Source: Eledone cirrhosa
Lineage: Eukaryota
Reading direction: 5' to 3'
Length of the DNA stretch: 64,000 nt
Assembly (NCBI GenBank): GCA_964016885.1
Contig: OZ024742.1
Coordinates: 286,130,001 to 286,194,000, forward strand
In this document: positions 13,495 to 25,760 of the stretch, piece after piece
Numbering within the stretch: position 1 is the stretch's first letter
Layout: every line of letters begins with the position of its first letter
Notes under the pieces: model-generated
Database searches by the model: none
What the model saw: the letters and a program-made list of their open reading frames with translations, nothing else
What the model was told of the DNA's origin: nothing
Translations under genes and position numbers: made by a program

Positions 13495-13497
<3 letters not shown>
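12598..13497 (+). mobile_element. Tc1/mariner DD37D (maT-type) transposon, internally deleted, 900 bp
   Basis: TIRs CAG(G)GTGTTCGGGAT(A/T)AATTTGACAG at both ends, flanked by TA. Confidence 0.93.
12714..13373 (+). pseudogene. Deleted DD37D transposase ORF
   Basis: N-terminal HTH-like region fused in frame to WQLDSAPCH...WPPNSPDLNPMDYYVWG; 37 residues between the last two Asp; first catalytic Asp region missing. Confidence 0.88.
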
Positions 13498-13535
<38 letters not shown>

Positions 13536-13540
13536 TATAT

Positions 13541-13738
13541 GAAAAGAGTCAGAACTCCGACGGCAGAGTTCAAACCGTTTCGACAGCTATTTCTTGGTCC
13601 AGAAATAGCTGTCGAAACAGCATGAGCTCTGCCGTCGGTGTTCTGACTCTTTTCCTATTTCCCACTCTACTACCCAAAGTATCGAGTACTCTGGTGGATT
13701 ATGGTCCACCTGGTTCCTTACCACACTTCCTTCGTGTT
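13541..13738. mobile_element. Fold-back PLE-like terminus (family C) in (TA)n
   Basis: Arms 13541-13593/13600-13653 plus unpaired 85-bp tail; GAAAC...GCCGTC resembles HHR stem III; relatives at 24850-24985, 45912-45950, 54291-54424, 54448-54622. Confidence 0.8.
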
Positions 13739-13786
13739 ATATATATATATATATATATATATATGTCTATATATGTAAACCTATGC

Positions 13787-13867
<81 letters not shown>

Positions 13868-13892
13868 TATGTCTATATATGTAAACCTATGC

Positions 13893-13968
<76 letters not shown>

Positions 13969-14027
13969 TGAAGTTTCTGTTGAAAAAGTCAGAGGAATGA
14001 AGAGTGTTCTATGTAAGTTACAGAGCT

Positions 14028-14225
14028 AAATATTTAATGTATAATAAACAATACAATATAATTACCTCATTACCAGAGGTTTCCCGAATAAGACAGATAC
14101 AAGAAAAGTCCGCATTAAATTGCCTTGTCTGACGAACGAATGCGGACTTTTCTTGTATCTGTCTTATTCGGGAAACCTCTGGTAATGAGGTAATTATATT
14201 GTATTATTTATTATACATTAAATAA
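14028..14225. mobile_element. Fold-back insertion containing a complete hammerhead (family D)
   Basis: About 85-bp inverted arms around a 20-bp spacer, between TA/TG tracts. Confidence 0.85.
14119..14194 (+). ncRNA. Type I hammerhead ribozyme (family D)
   Basis: ATTGCCTTGT CTGACGA A CGAAT...ATTCG G GAA ACC tct GGT A ATGAGGTAAT; 10-bp stem I with GU pairs, full stem III, GUA triplet. Confidence 0.8.
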
Positions 14226-14267
14226 TTATATATATATACATATATATATATACATATATAAATATAA

Positions 14268-14384
<117 letters not shown>

Positions 14385-14769
14385 CCTATGCACGGATATA
14401 TATGTACATATTTTTTAGAATAATATACAAGATTAAATAATGAATTATCTATGCATATTTGTATATTTTCCTATATTTGTTTATATCAGTTTGTTTACAT
14501 TATAACACCCAATATGTCGGCAGTGGTGTGTACAAATGTAATTCCATTCCAAATACATTAAATTTTAGTCTAGAAAGGTCAATAATTAGGATGAATTTAA
14601 TGATTAAAACCTGTATTATGTGATTGGTTCATTCAATTGTCATGCTGTTTTCTAATGTTTATAAAATACAGTCCTATATTTATTTATTCATTTAATTATT
14701 TATTTATTTATTTATTTATATATATTAATATATATATTAATATATATATTAATATAAATATTCATTTTA

Positions 14770-15315
<546 letters not shown>

Positions 15316-15695
15316 GGTCGATTGTTGTTTGTTTGTAAAGTGCTATGTTGTTTTGGGTTTTTGCTGTTGTTTTGGGGGGTTTTACCCACTTCATTTTCAT
15401 ACTGATATGTAATCATATGTTCATACTTTGTGATACATGCCTACATACACGTGATTTAAATGAGTGTATAAATATATATTCACACGCATATTTATAAACA
15501 TATCTAATATATATGTGTATGTGTTAATATGCATATATATATATATATATAGATATATGTAAATAGATGTAAAAGTATGTAAATACATGCATACACATAT
15601 TTATATAAATGTTTCTATATATATATACCCGCACATACACGCACACTATATATATATATATATGTAAAAGGTAAACAGAAATAACAACACAATCA

Positions 15696-15733
<38 letters not shown>

Positions 15734-15960
15734 GCTGACTGGGTCTAAAAATATTGGTTGCCAGGAGATGAAGGGGCCCACCTACATATAGAAAGCTATT
15801 ATTTAATTTTCATAATGAATAAATAACATTTTCGAAAAATACATAAATGGAAACAAAACAGTGAAATCAAATTTTTGCGGAAAAATATCTTACCTTCTCC
15901 AACAAAAAATATGATGTATTTTGCGAAAACCAGAGACTTTCAATAATGACCAGAAGTCGA

Positions 15961-16210
15961 CCCTAAATATTACTAATACATCTTTTTAACTTTGATTTTG
16001 AAAGTTGGTTTATAATTATCAATTTTTATTATGCTATTGTGGCTAACTCGGTGGCCTAGTTGGAGTAATCATAGATGGTGGTGGTCGTGGTCTGGATTTC
16101 GATCCTGGTCGGTAGTAGGATTACCAGTAAACCAGTTCAGTTTTTTTTCTATGGGTTGTAAAATAAAAACTGAAATATGTTACATGTACCTCTTGAACAG
16201 CATTGAACCC
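15961..16210 (+). mobile_element. Dispersed repeat with tRNA-like A/B boxes (partial copy of 17778-18195)
   Basis: TGGCCTAGTTGG...TTCGATCCTGGTCGG followed by a T-run; aligns by eye with 17778-18017. Confidence 0.7.
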
Positions 16211-16579
16211 AAAGCCAAGATCTCCACCGTCTCTAGTACCTACTGCGAGGCCACAGAGACAACTTCGAAAATCTTATGAAAATTCATACCTACTTTCAAA
16301 ATTTTCAAAACAAAGTGTTGTGGTGTCGTTCATATCTTTCTTAATGTTATTGCTCCTACTTAAGGTCGACTTCTAAATCATTTGGGTGTTCCATAAATTA
16401 CATCCTCGTTTTGTTTTACATCTATCTAGACTATATATTAACCTGTAATCCATGCTTCATTTCTGTTACCCCCCCCTCTCACTTTCACTCTGTGATATTT
16501 GAATCTACTATGATTTGGGCTTGCTTTATTCATATATATATTTTTTTGCATGTCAGATTCAAACTTACAATGATTGGCA

Positions 16580-16689
16580 TTATCCAGCCGAGGTTAACTT
16601 TGCCTTTCATCCTTACGGGGTCGATAAAATAAAGTACCAGTAATGTACTAGGTAATTTGCTGGCCTTGTGCCTAAAGTAGAAACAATTA
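16580..16689 (+). mobile_element. SINE 3' half
   Basis: Matches 9920-10050. Confidence 0.8.
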
Positions 16690-16709
16690 TATATATATAT
16701 ATAAGTTTA

Positions 16710-16894
16710 TCCCGGGTTCAATCGGGGGGTAACCACAGTAAGTAAGGTACTCAATACAAAGCACAGTATAAATATTTAATATAGAAAGGTTTCTACAGGA
16801 CTAGAACTGTTTCATTCGGGAGAAATCATCAGGATTTCCTGATGATTTCTCCCAAATGAAACAGTTCTAGTCCTGTAGAAGCCTTTCTATATTA
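16710..16894. mobile_element. Fold-back HHR-bearing insertion (family E) in (TA)n
   Basis: Arms 16777-16834/16837-16894, each with CTGATGA tttctccc(g/a)aat GAAAC; unpaired tail 16710-16776, also seen alone at 47868-47897. Confidence 0.8.
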
Positions 16895-17041
16895 TATATA
16901 TATAGGAATAATATTTTATTAGTATAGTAGTATTATTTTAATATATATATATATAATAGCTTTCACCGTATTTTTGACAAAAGAAATTTTAGCCTTATAA
17001 TGGGGTTTAGAACCCTCAGATAAATGGAAAAAGATGAGTAT

Positions 17042-17112
17042 TGACGTACATGAGAGTCGAACCCACATCTTTGGTTAACCAGACCACTGTGCTACCATTA
17101 CACCAACACATC
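17042..17112 (-). other. tRNA-like cloverleaf inside family T
   Basis: 71 nt; acceptor GATGTGT/GTACGTC+A, A-box TGGTGTAATGG, T-arm GGTTCGACTC; imperfect stems, so not called a functional tRNA. Confidence 0.7.
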
Positions 17113-17452
17113 ACCCATCTCCTTCCATTCAAATTAGAAGCTACATTCTTAGCGAGTATAAATGAAAAGTAAGTATGTTTTGAAACAGTGAGCAGGTTTG
17201 AAATTAGAAAATAGAATAGCTTTCACCGTATTTTTGACTAAAGAAATTTTAGCCTGATAATGGGATTTAGAACCCTCAGATAAATGGAAAAAGATGAGTA
17301 TTGATGTACATGGGAGTCGTTCTTTAGTAAAAAATACGGTGAAAGCTATTCTATTTTCTAATTTCAAACCTGCTCATTGTTTCAAAACATACTTACTTGT
17401 CATTTATACTTTCTAAGAATGTAGCTTCTAATTTGAATTGAAGGAGATGGGT

Positions 17453-17523
17453 GATGTGTTGGTGTACTGGTAGCACAATGGTCTGGATAACCAAAGATGT
17501 GGGTTCGACTCCAATGTACGTCA
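17453..17523 (+). other. tRNA-like cloverleaf inside family T (second copy)
   Basis: GATGTGTTGGTGTACTGGTAGCAC...GTGGGTTCGACTCCAATGTACGTCA. Confidence 0.7.
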
Positions 17524-17777
17524 ATACTCATCTGTTTCCATTTATCTGAGGGTTCTAAACCCCATTATCAGGCTAACATTTCTTTAGTCAAAAATACAGT
17601 GAAAGCTATTCTATTTTCTAATTTCAAACCTGCTCACTGTTTCAAAACATACTTACTTGTCATATATATATATATATATAGTATTTGCTAAAATAATCGA
17701 ATTAAATTAATTCAACAGTTAAACACACAAAGGAATAATAACGTTGTTACCAAAGTGCCAGAAGATTAACGAGTCTA

Positions 17778-18195
17778 CCCTAAATATTACTAATAGCTTT
17801 GATTTTGAAAGTAGGTTTATAATTATCAATTTTCATTACACTTTTGTAGCTATCTCTGTGGCCTAGTTGGAGAAACCATAGACGTTGGTGGTCCTGTATG
17901 AACTTCGATCCTGGTCGGGAGTAGGGTCCCAGTAAATTTTCAGTTTTTTTTCTATGGGTTGTGAAATAAAAACTGAAAAAGGTTACTACATGTACCTCTT
18001 GACCAGGATTGAACCCAATGAAATAAATCACTGCCAATACAGGAATTGAACTATCAAGACCGTAGAGGTATGTCATATATCAAATCATATATTTTATCTG
18101 ACGAGGAGTACTGAAAAAACAACACAGTACCTTCGAAATATATATAATAAAACATATATTTTGATTATGTGAATATCTTCATTTGTTAATATTAT
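17778..18195 (+). mobile_element. Non-coding element: tRNA-like Pol III cassette, then hammerhead (family B), then tail into (TA)n
   Basis: A-box 17859-17870, B-box 17904-17911; HHR 18092-18152 TTTTAT CTGACGA GGAGTACTG...CAGTACCTTC GAAA TATATATA ATAAAA. Confidence 0.75.
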
Positions 18196-18196
18196 A

Positions 18197-18241
<45 letters not shown>

Positions 18242-18243
18242 TA

Positions 18244-18283
<40 letters not shown>

Positions 18284-18489
18284 GGCTCTGTTTGTAGAAC
18301 GGACGGCTCTGTTTTATAATACGGGGCCAGAGCATTCACCCACAGCCCACCAATAAATCCGGCCTTGCTTAGCATCAGCATGGTTGAGGTTGATGCGGAT
18401 AGGGTTTGTGTAAAACTGATACAACTACAGATGCAGGTGAGCGCGAATTAAAAAACAGAAAATATTGCATTAATGTTGACAAAAAGCAA

Positions 18490-18670
18490 TAATTGTTTCT
18501 ACTTTTAGCACAAGGCCAGCAATTACCTAGTGTATTACTGGTTCTTTATTTTAGCGACCCCATAAGGATGAAAGGCAAAGTTAACCTCAGCGGGATTTGA
18601 ACTCAGAATGGCAAGGGCCGTAACTTTATGCGTCAAAGCATGGCGTCCGACCCTCTACCGATACTGCCAA
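18490..18670 (-). mobile_element. tRNA-derived SINE
   Basis: Reverse complement of the 9835-10050 consensus. Confidence 0.85.
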
Positions 18671-18924
18671 ACAATAATACTGTAGATGTTGGTCTGTGTC
18701 TGGACACATGAGAAGGGAGGTCTCGTGCTGAGTTAGAATTAGTGTGTTTGTGTTAATAGGTGACATGTCTGAGTGGGTGTGAGTGTGTGAGAGTGTATTA
18801 GACGGGGACGGGGTGTATACAAGAATGTAATTTCGTCATTCAGTCGGACTCTAAAACCCTTATATTATCTTGTTTCGATTTGTTTCTTAAATTGTCTGTC
18901 TATGTTTATGAGTAATTGTATATG

Positions 18925-18963
<39 letters not shown>

Positions 18964-19067
18964 ATGTATGGATGTAAGTATGTGTGTATGTATGTATGTA
19001 TGTAGGTATGTAGGTAGGTATGTGTGTATATATGTATGTATCTGTATGTATATATCTATCTATCCAT

Positions 19068-19136
<69 letters not shown>

Positions 19137-19156
19137 AACGCACACATATATATATA

Positions 19157-19370
19157 AAAATGAAAATGTTTCGTTTACATGTATAAGATTTTTTATTGTG
19201 TATCGACCTGTTACGCGCGTGAGCTAATCCTCTGCGAAACGCGCGTAACATGTCGATAGACAATAAAAATCTTTTGCATGTAAACGAAACTTCCTCGTTT
19301 TATTTTTAATATACACCCTGTCTGTGCATAGAGTGCTTGTTTTGGTAACACCACTAGTAATTCACTGATA
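19157..19370. mobile_element. Fold-back HHR-like insertion (family F)
   Basis: Arms 19157-19220/19239-19302; TGAGC...GC GAAAC GCGC GTA core remnant at the centre; unpaired tail to about 19370. Confidence 0.75.
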
Positions 19371-19387
19371 TACCTACACTATATATA

Positions 19388-19562
19388 TAATATTCAAAAT
19401 ATGAACAAATGAGAAATACTTTCACATAACCAAAATATATATTTTATTATATTTATTTCAAGGGTAGAGTATTTTTGAGTACGCTTTCATCAGATAAAAC
19501 ACAATAAATTGGTTATTCGACATACCGCTATGGTCTTGATCCTTCAATCCCAATAGTGGCAG

Positions 19563-19567
<5 letters not shown>
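19388..19567 (-). mobile_element. Family B terminus with degenerate hammerhead (19441-19500)
   Basis: Minus strand TTTTAT CTGATGA AAGCGTAC...CCCTT GAAA TAAATATA ATAAAA; flanks match 18028-18195. Confidence 0.7.
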
Positions 19568-19602
<35 letters not shown>

Positions 19603-19706
19603 TTTTAATGCGATGAAATACCAATGATGGTTGGAAAATCAGACGAAGGACTATTTTTATCATATGTAACCCATGTGCAAACCACGCAGTATTCTTTCTT
19701 CTCATG

Positions 19707-19744
<38 letters not shown>

Positions 19745-19747
<3 letters not shown>

Positions 19748-19914
19748 GTCAATACGTATCTTTTTGTACGTCAATGTACGTCAATACTCATCTTTTTCCA
19801 TTTATCTGAGGGTTCTAAACCCCATTATCAGGCTAAAATTTCTTTAGTCAAAAATACGGTGAAAGCTATTCTATTTTCTAATTTCAAACCTGCTCACTGT
19901 TTCAAAACATATTT

Positions 19915-19919
<5 letters not shown>
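19745..19919 (+). mobile_element. Family T copy 5'-truncated at the tRNA 3' end, with stuttered 5' junction
   Basis: TACGTCAAT three times, then near identity to 17516-17657. Confidence 0.85.
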
Positions 19920-19997
<78 letters not shown>

Positions 19998-20384
19998 GCG
20001 AGAAATACCCTCAAACACGAAATCCTTTGCCTTCGACACCCCCCCCCACACACACACACACATACACACTCATATTTGACCGCTTAAACAGCGCATGCAC
20101 TTTTATAGATGCACTTGAACCACAGCAGCTTCTTTTCCTGAAAACGATTACAAAGCTCTAACATATTTTATCCAGCCGATTGTTAGGTCACTTTAACTTT
20201 TACTGATCTCAAGTAAAACCCGATTAACAAGTCTCTCTTGAAAAGTAAATACAAAGCGAGGCTTATGACGGCATCACATTAAAAATTAAAACATTTACTT
20301 TAGTTTATATTACATATTTTCACAGCGATCTGTCCATTAGTAAAGTAACGTTTGAATCTACAAACCCGTTTTATGTCACTAAGG

Positions 20385-20810
20385 CGCCCCTACGACTTCA
20401 TCAGGAGTTACGGGACCATGCATGCATATTAAATATTTTCACAGCCATCTGTCTATTAGTAAAGGAACGTTTCGGCTCTCTGTTCCCTGAGTTCAAATCT
20501 CGCCGAGGCCATCTTTGCCTTTCATCGATAAGAATTACCAGTTTAGTACTGGGGTCGATTCTTTCTCTTCCTCTATATCTCGCTCTCACTTTCTTTCTCT
20601 TACATTCTATCCTCTGGGAGAAATCTGCTGTATTCAGACCTGGTGAGGAGATGGGCTCCGCCAGGTTTAAAAAACCCTAGAAACGCCGTATGTCACTACA
20701 CATCCCTACGACTCCACTAGGAGTTATGGGACCATAGAGGCATACATATTGCTTATTTTCACACCGATTTGTCCATTAGTAAAAGAAAGTTTGAATTAAC
20801 AAACCCCCGT
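20385..20810 (+). repeat. Unclassified dispersed repeat mixed with SINE pieces
   Basis: GCTGTATTCAGACCTGGTGAG...CCCTACGACTCC also at 10205-10285 (+) and 23080-23180 (-). Confidence 0.55.
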
Positions 20811-22629
20811 TTTTAGATATTTTTAGCAACGTTATTACAATTAAGAACCACGCATTGATAACATTGTTTTTATCGTAATTAACTGCATTATATTAGACAT
20901 TAGGTTTTCCTCTAATATAACAAATGTTCCTGGATTGGGTTGTGTGCTGTGTTCTTGAGCAAAACATTTCATTTCACGTTGCTCCAGTATACTCAGCTGA
21001 AGGTGTGTACCAGCAGTAGCTCGTGGTTTAACCCTGTAATGGACTGGCCTCCTGTCTAAGAAGAGTTTCTTGTACTCTCAATCAATTAACGCCAATGAAT
21101 CCAGTATAAACACCGGTCTAATGATCCCCCGAGCTTGAGTCAAGACTTTAGACATTTTTAAAACCACAGTCGAGATGAATAATCTTTATTAAAGTCAGGC
21201 CAGAGTCCTGTTACCCTAGGATGAAACGAAAAGTTGAACTCGGTGGGATTTGAACTCAAAGCACAGAGAACCGGAACAAATAACGCATCTAATTTTATCC
21301 GGCGTTCTCACGACGCTGCTATTTGTGGCCTTTTTAAAAAAAAAACAACCGTCATACAGGATAATTCAAAGATAAAGGGACTTCCGTTAATTTCAGCGAG
21401 AGTGTTATAGATATTCGGTCAGTGGAGCAGTCTACCCGTTAGATTAGCGTGTAGGTGAGCATGTATTTTACAGACCCATGAATCGTTGGCACATCTGTCA
21501 GGGAGATTCAGCATGACACTGTATTTCACAAACACCTCTGCCCGTAACATAATTCTTGAGGAAATTCAGCGAAACACAGTATGTGACAAGGTTGGACTTT
21601 TGAATTATATATAAAGCCCATCCGACGGACTTATGTACAGTTTCCGTCTAGCCAGTTTCATTTAATTGTTCATAGCACCACGTTGTATGATAGAATAAGG
21701 GTCTAGTCAGTTTCATTCACAAGGCTTGGGTTGACCCGAGGACATGCAAATGTCCATAGCACCATGTTGAGTGATCGAACCAGGAACCTCATTATTACGA
21801 AAACTAATGAAATTCTTAAAGAGACAAGATATTTTATGGTATCTGTTCCGGTTCCGTGTATATTGAGTTCAAATCCCATCTCCCGTCATCAGAAAAGCGG
21901 AAGTAGGAGATAGGAGACGACAAATATTATTAGCAATGGAAACATTTTACCTGTTCTCCTCTAAAGATCACCTCCTTTCGTTTTATTTCTATCAAATAAC
22001 AAACTTAGAAGGATATGTTCTACAAAAGTTCCCAATTAGTACTTTCTGACTCTTACCACCGTCTCCGGTGTATTTTCATTCAGAGAAATAATATTATGTT
22101 TAAGAAGGTGCCCATGTGAAGCTTTTGTGATCAGTCAACACGTGTCTGTCTTGTTCTTTAACAGACGCCCTTAAAATTGAACGGTAGCCAATAACAAAAG
22201 ACTGTTTTTTTACTTTGATTACCCGCCGACCCGCTAATTAAATAATTCTAAATGTCATCTTAGATAAATAGATTTTCGAAGCGGGGGCGATAAAGTTTTT
22301 TTCCATTCCACAAATAAAACAATTTTGCTATAATTTATAAGACAAAAAACAACAAAAAAACCCGACTGGTAAAACTAGTACACATTATCAAGTGTCAATT
22401 TAGATGTTTTACGGTGTCAAAATTTGGTGCGTCACATGTCTGCCTACGAAAATTTCACCGGGGTCGACCTGTCCTTTCGTCCTTCTGTCAAACTAATGGG
22501 GTCCAGTCAATTAACTACACCAGTCCTCAAAATATAAACAGCGAACATATGTCGGTTGAGAAGATCTATTAAAGAAATAATAATAACAATACTTATAACA
22601 ATTATAGGTGGAGGGACAGGAATTTAATG

Positions 22630-23395
22630 GGGGATGAGATAGTCGGTTAAATCAAGCTAAGTACTTGACTGGCACTTTGTTTTATTGACCCCGGAAGGAT
22701 AAAGGCAAAGTTGACTTCGGCAGGATTTGAACTTTGAAGAAGGTAAACAGCCGGTGCCGACGTTCTAAATATTCTGCCAATCCACCATCATAATGGTTTC
22801 TAATTTAGGAACAAATTTGGGGGAGGCGGGAGAAAGTCCATAATATTGACACCAGTACTTCACTGGTACCTTATTTTATCGACCTCGGAATTATGAAGGC
22901 CAACGTAAGGATCCGAAAGAAATACAGCTAAATATTTGTACGACTTTCTATAGAATCTGCACATTCACCGTCATAAATATAACAATAATTGTTTCTAAAA
23001 GTTAGAATTTTGGGTGAGGGGAGGGATACAGTTGAACAAAATTCCTCCAGTACTGGACTGATACTTTATTGTATCGACCATAGGAGTCGTAGGGGCACCA
23101 GAGTGGCATACGGTGTTTCTCGTGCATTTTAAACCCTGGTGGAGCCCATCCTCTCACCAGGTCTGAATACAGCATATTCTTTCTAGAGAAGGATAGAGAG
23201 TGAGAGAACGGAAATAAGAAAGAGATATAGAAGAGGAATCGACCCAGTATTAGACGTACTTTTTTATCGACCTCAAATGGAGGAAAAGAAAAGTTGACCT
23301 TGCGGAATTTGAACTGAGAGATCAGAGATCCGGAACGAATATCACAAAACATTCTATCCAACGTTCTAACGACTCTGCCAATACGCCAACTCTTC
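22630..23395 (-). mobile_element. Cluster of at least three degenerate same-orientation SINEs, one interrupted by another repeat
   Basis: SINE motif matches near 22670-22790, 22850-22970 and 23040-23390. Confidence 0.65.
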
Positions 23396-23509
23396 AATAT
23401 ATATGATTATATATAAATAGCATTGGCTAAAAAACAAAGTTGATAATTGTTTTCTGGTGGTTTATTCTTCTATCTGAGTAAACAGCGACTAAAGCAGTAG
23501 GCTTCTTGA

Positions 23510-23592
23510 GATTTGTTTTTCTGAGTTGTTATTCTGGTATTTCTGAGTTGTTATTCTGGTTTTTCTGAGTTGTTATTCTGGAGTTGTTATTC
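23510..23592. repeat. Short tandem repeat of TTCTGAGTTGTTATTCTGG, about 4 copies
   Basis: Direct inspection. Confidence 0.85.
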
Positions 23593-23639
23593 TTACATCA
23601 AATCTCTGGCATGAATATCAATAGTTCTCTGATATTGTC

Positions 23640-24325
23640 TACTTGTCTGGTAACAGTATCTGCTGGCCTATTTTATTGTCTGTTTTTCTGGCAACAATAT
23701 CTGGTAGTCTGTTTCATTATCTACATATCTGGCGACAATATCTGCTGGTCTGTTTCATTATCTACATGGCTCGCAACAATATCTGGTGGTCTGTTTCATT
23801 ATCTACATGGCTCGCAGCAATATCTGCTGGTCTGTTTCATTATCTACATATCTGGCGACAATATCTGCTGGTCTGTTTCATTATCTACATGGCTCGCAAC
23901 AATATCTGGTGGTCTGTTTCATTATCTACATGTCTGGCAACAATATCTGCTGGTCTGTTTCATTATCTACATATCTGGCGACAATATCTGCTGGTCTGTT
24001 TCATTATCTACATATCTGGCGACAATATCTGCTGGTCTGTTTCATTATCTACATGTCTGGCAACAATATCTGATGGTCTGTTTCATTATCTACATGTCTG
24101 GCAACAATATCTGCTGGTCTGTTTCATTATCTACAGGTCTGGCAACAATATCTGCTGGTGTATTTTATCGTCTGTTTGTCTGGCAACAATAGCTGGTGGT
24201 GTATTTATCGTCTGTTTGTCTGGCAACAATATCTACTGGTGTATTTTATCGTCTGTTTGTTTGGCAACAATATCTGCTGGTGTATTTTATTGTCTGTTTG
24301 TCTGGCAACAATATCTGCTGGTCTG
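23640..24325. repeat. 41-bp minisatellite TCTGGCAACAATATCTGCTGGTCTGTTTCATTATCTACATG, about 16 copies
   Basis: Direct inspection; a 40-bp variant occupies the right end. Confidence 0.93.
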
Positions 24326-24749
24326 TTATATTATCCACCTCGGAGGGATGAAAGTCAATGTTGACCTCGGAGGAATTTGAACGCAGAATGTAAATAACTG
24401 GAACAAATACTGATAGACATTTGTCCGACGCCTTAACACCCTAACGATTCTGCCAATCCATCCGATATACAAAATAATGCGTCTAAGAATACACTATCAA
24501 ATATGACTTCAAGAGTTGTAATTGATGTGAACTCAAAAGTGTGTAACACCTGCTATTTCTAGGAGATCAACTGGTTAGCTAGTCCAATCTAACTATATCT
24601 TAACTGTATCAAACTACCGTCTCCAGCTTTTCATCATATACAAAATGGAAGAAACAGAAACCACTTAACAAACATCAAGTATGGGTTTTGAAGCCACGCC
24701 ACAGATAGTGGGTTGGTGAAAGAGACAATAGCTCTCTCTCTCTCTCGCC

Positions 24750-24985
<236 letters not shown>

Positions 24986-25040
24986 ACTCATATATATATA
25001 TATATATCATATTTTCACTAGCTCTGACAGGTGAACAGTG

Positions 25041-25088
25041 AACTGTACTGATGAAGGGTAATACCCAGAAACATTAGTGTCTGCAATT
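25041..25088 (+). ncRNA. Canonical type I hammerhead ribozyme (family G)
   Basis: TGTA CTGATGA A GGGT aat ACCC A GAA ACA ttag TGT C TGCA; all three stems and a GUC triplet (25079-25081). Confidence 0.85.
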
Positions 25089-25215
25089 CTGTTTACATGC
25101 CAACACAAGAGCAAGATGAGGGGCTCATTCTACTGACATGGCTTTTAAAATGAGGCTTGATTGCATAATTGCAAACGAATCGAATATTATTATTAATATT
25201 CGAAAAACTCAGATC

Positions 25216-25305
<90 letters not shown>

Positions 25306-25309
25306 TTAG

Positions 25310-25760
25310 GGGCGGTAAAAATCAGTTTTGTTCCATTGGGAACAGTCTTTATGTTGATGATATTGTGGTAGCGGTGTTGGAGTGGGAAGTGCTTGTTAAG
25401 AAGTCTGAGGAAGATCTTCCCAATGGGTGTTATGACCTCAGCATTGTGGGAAGGAATAAACCACGTTATGCGGCGGCGTCGCCTGCTGGGTCCGCTAGTT
25501 GGGCCTGGATAATAAGTAAGTTCCTCCTTGAAGCCACTTCTTTTGAGGGCCTGATTGTAGTATGGCGCGTGTTCACTGAAGATCTGATCATTTGCAGAGA
25601 AGCAAGGAGGGAGATATTTTTAACCAAATTATAAGTAATATTACTTGGATGGTTGGAATAGCGGGGGATATAGTGTAAGTTCTTGTTCGGTTTCCTGTAG
25701 GGGTAGTACAAATTGTCCTCCAGATTTAGAGTTACATCCAAAAAGTTGACACGTGTATGG
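25310..25760 (-). pseudogene. Penelope-like RT C-terminal/thumb fragment
   Basis: VNFLDVTLNL...YYPYRKPN...YSNHP, then after a frameshift TWFIPPHN...IGKIFLRLLNKHFP. Confidence 0.85.

Larger units (their letters stand above)
16955..17662. mobile_element. Inverted pair of partial-tandem 260-bp units carrying a tRNA-like domain (family T)
   Basis: Period 260 on both arms (16955/17215; 17320/17580); inversion junction at 17319/17320; TA flanks. Confidence 0.88.

Noticed and set aside
17042-17523. Functional tRNA genes
   Set aside because: Acceptor and anticodon stems are imperfect, the two copies differ in the anticodon loop, and both lie within a mobile tandem unit; kept only as tRNA-like.
17544-17612. 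Hammerhead within family T (CTGAGGG...GAAAGCTA)
   Set aside because: The core lacks A9, reads CCGAGGG in other copies, and no stem I closes it.
20630-20700. Ribozyme in the CTGGTGAG...GAAACGCCGTA repeat
   Set aside because: The CTGGTG segment is tied up in its own hairpin with CGCCAGG/CACCAGG, and neither HHR nor HDV topology could be completed by eye.
23584-24380. Long hydrophobic ORFs in three frames
   Set aside because: They are translations of a stop-poor 41-bp minisatellite; the same peptides cycle through all frames.
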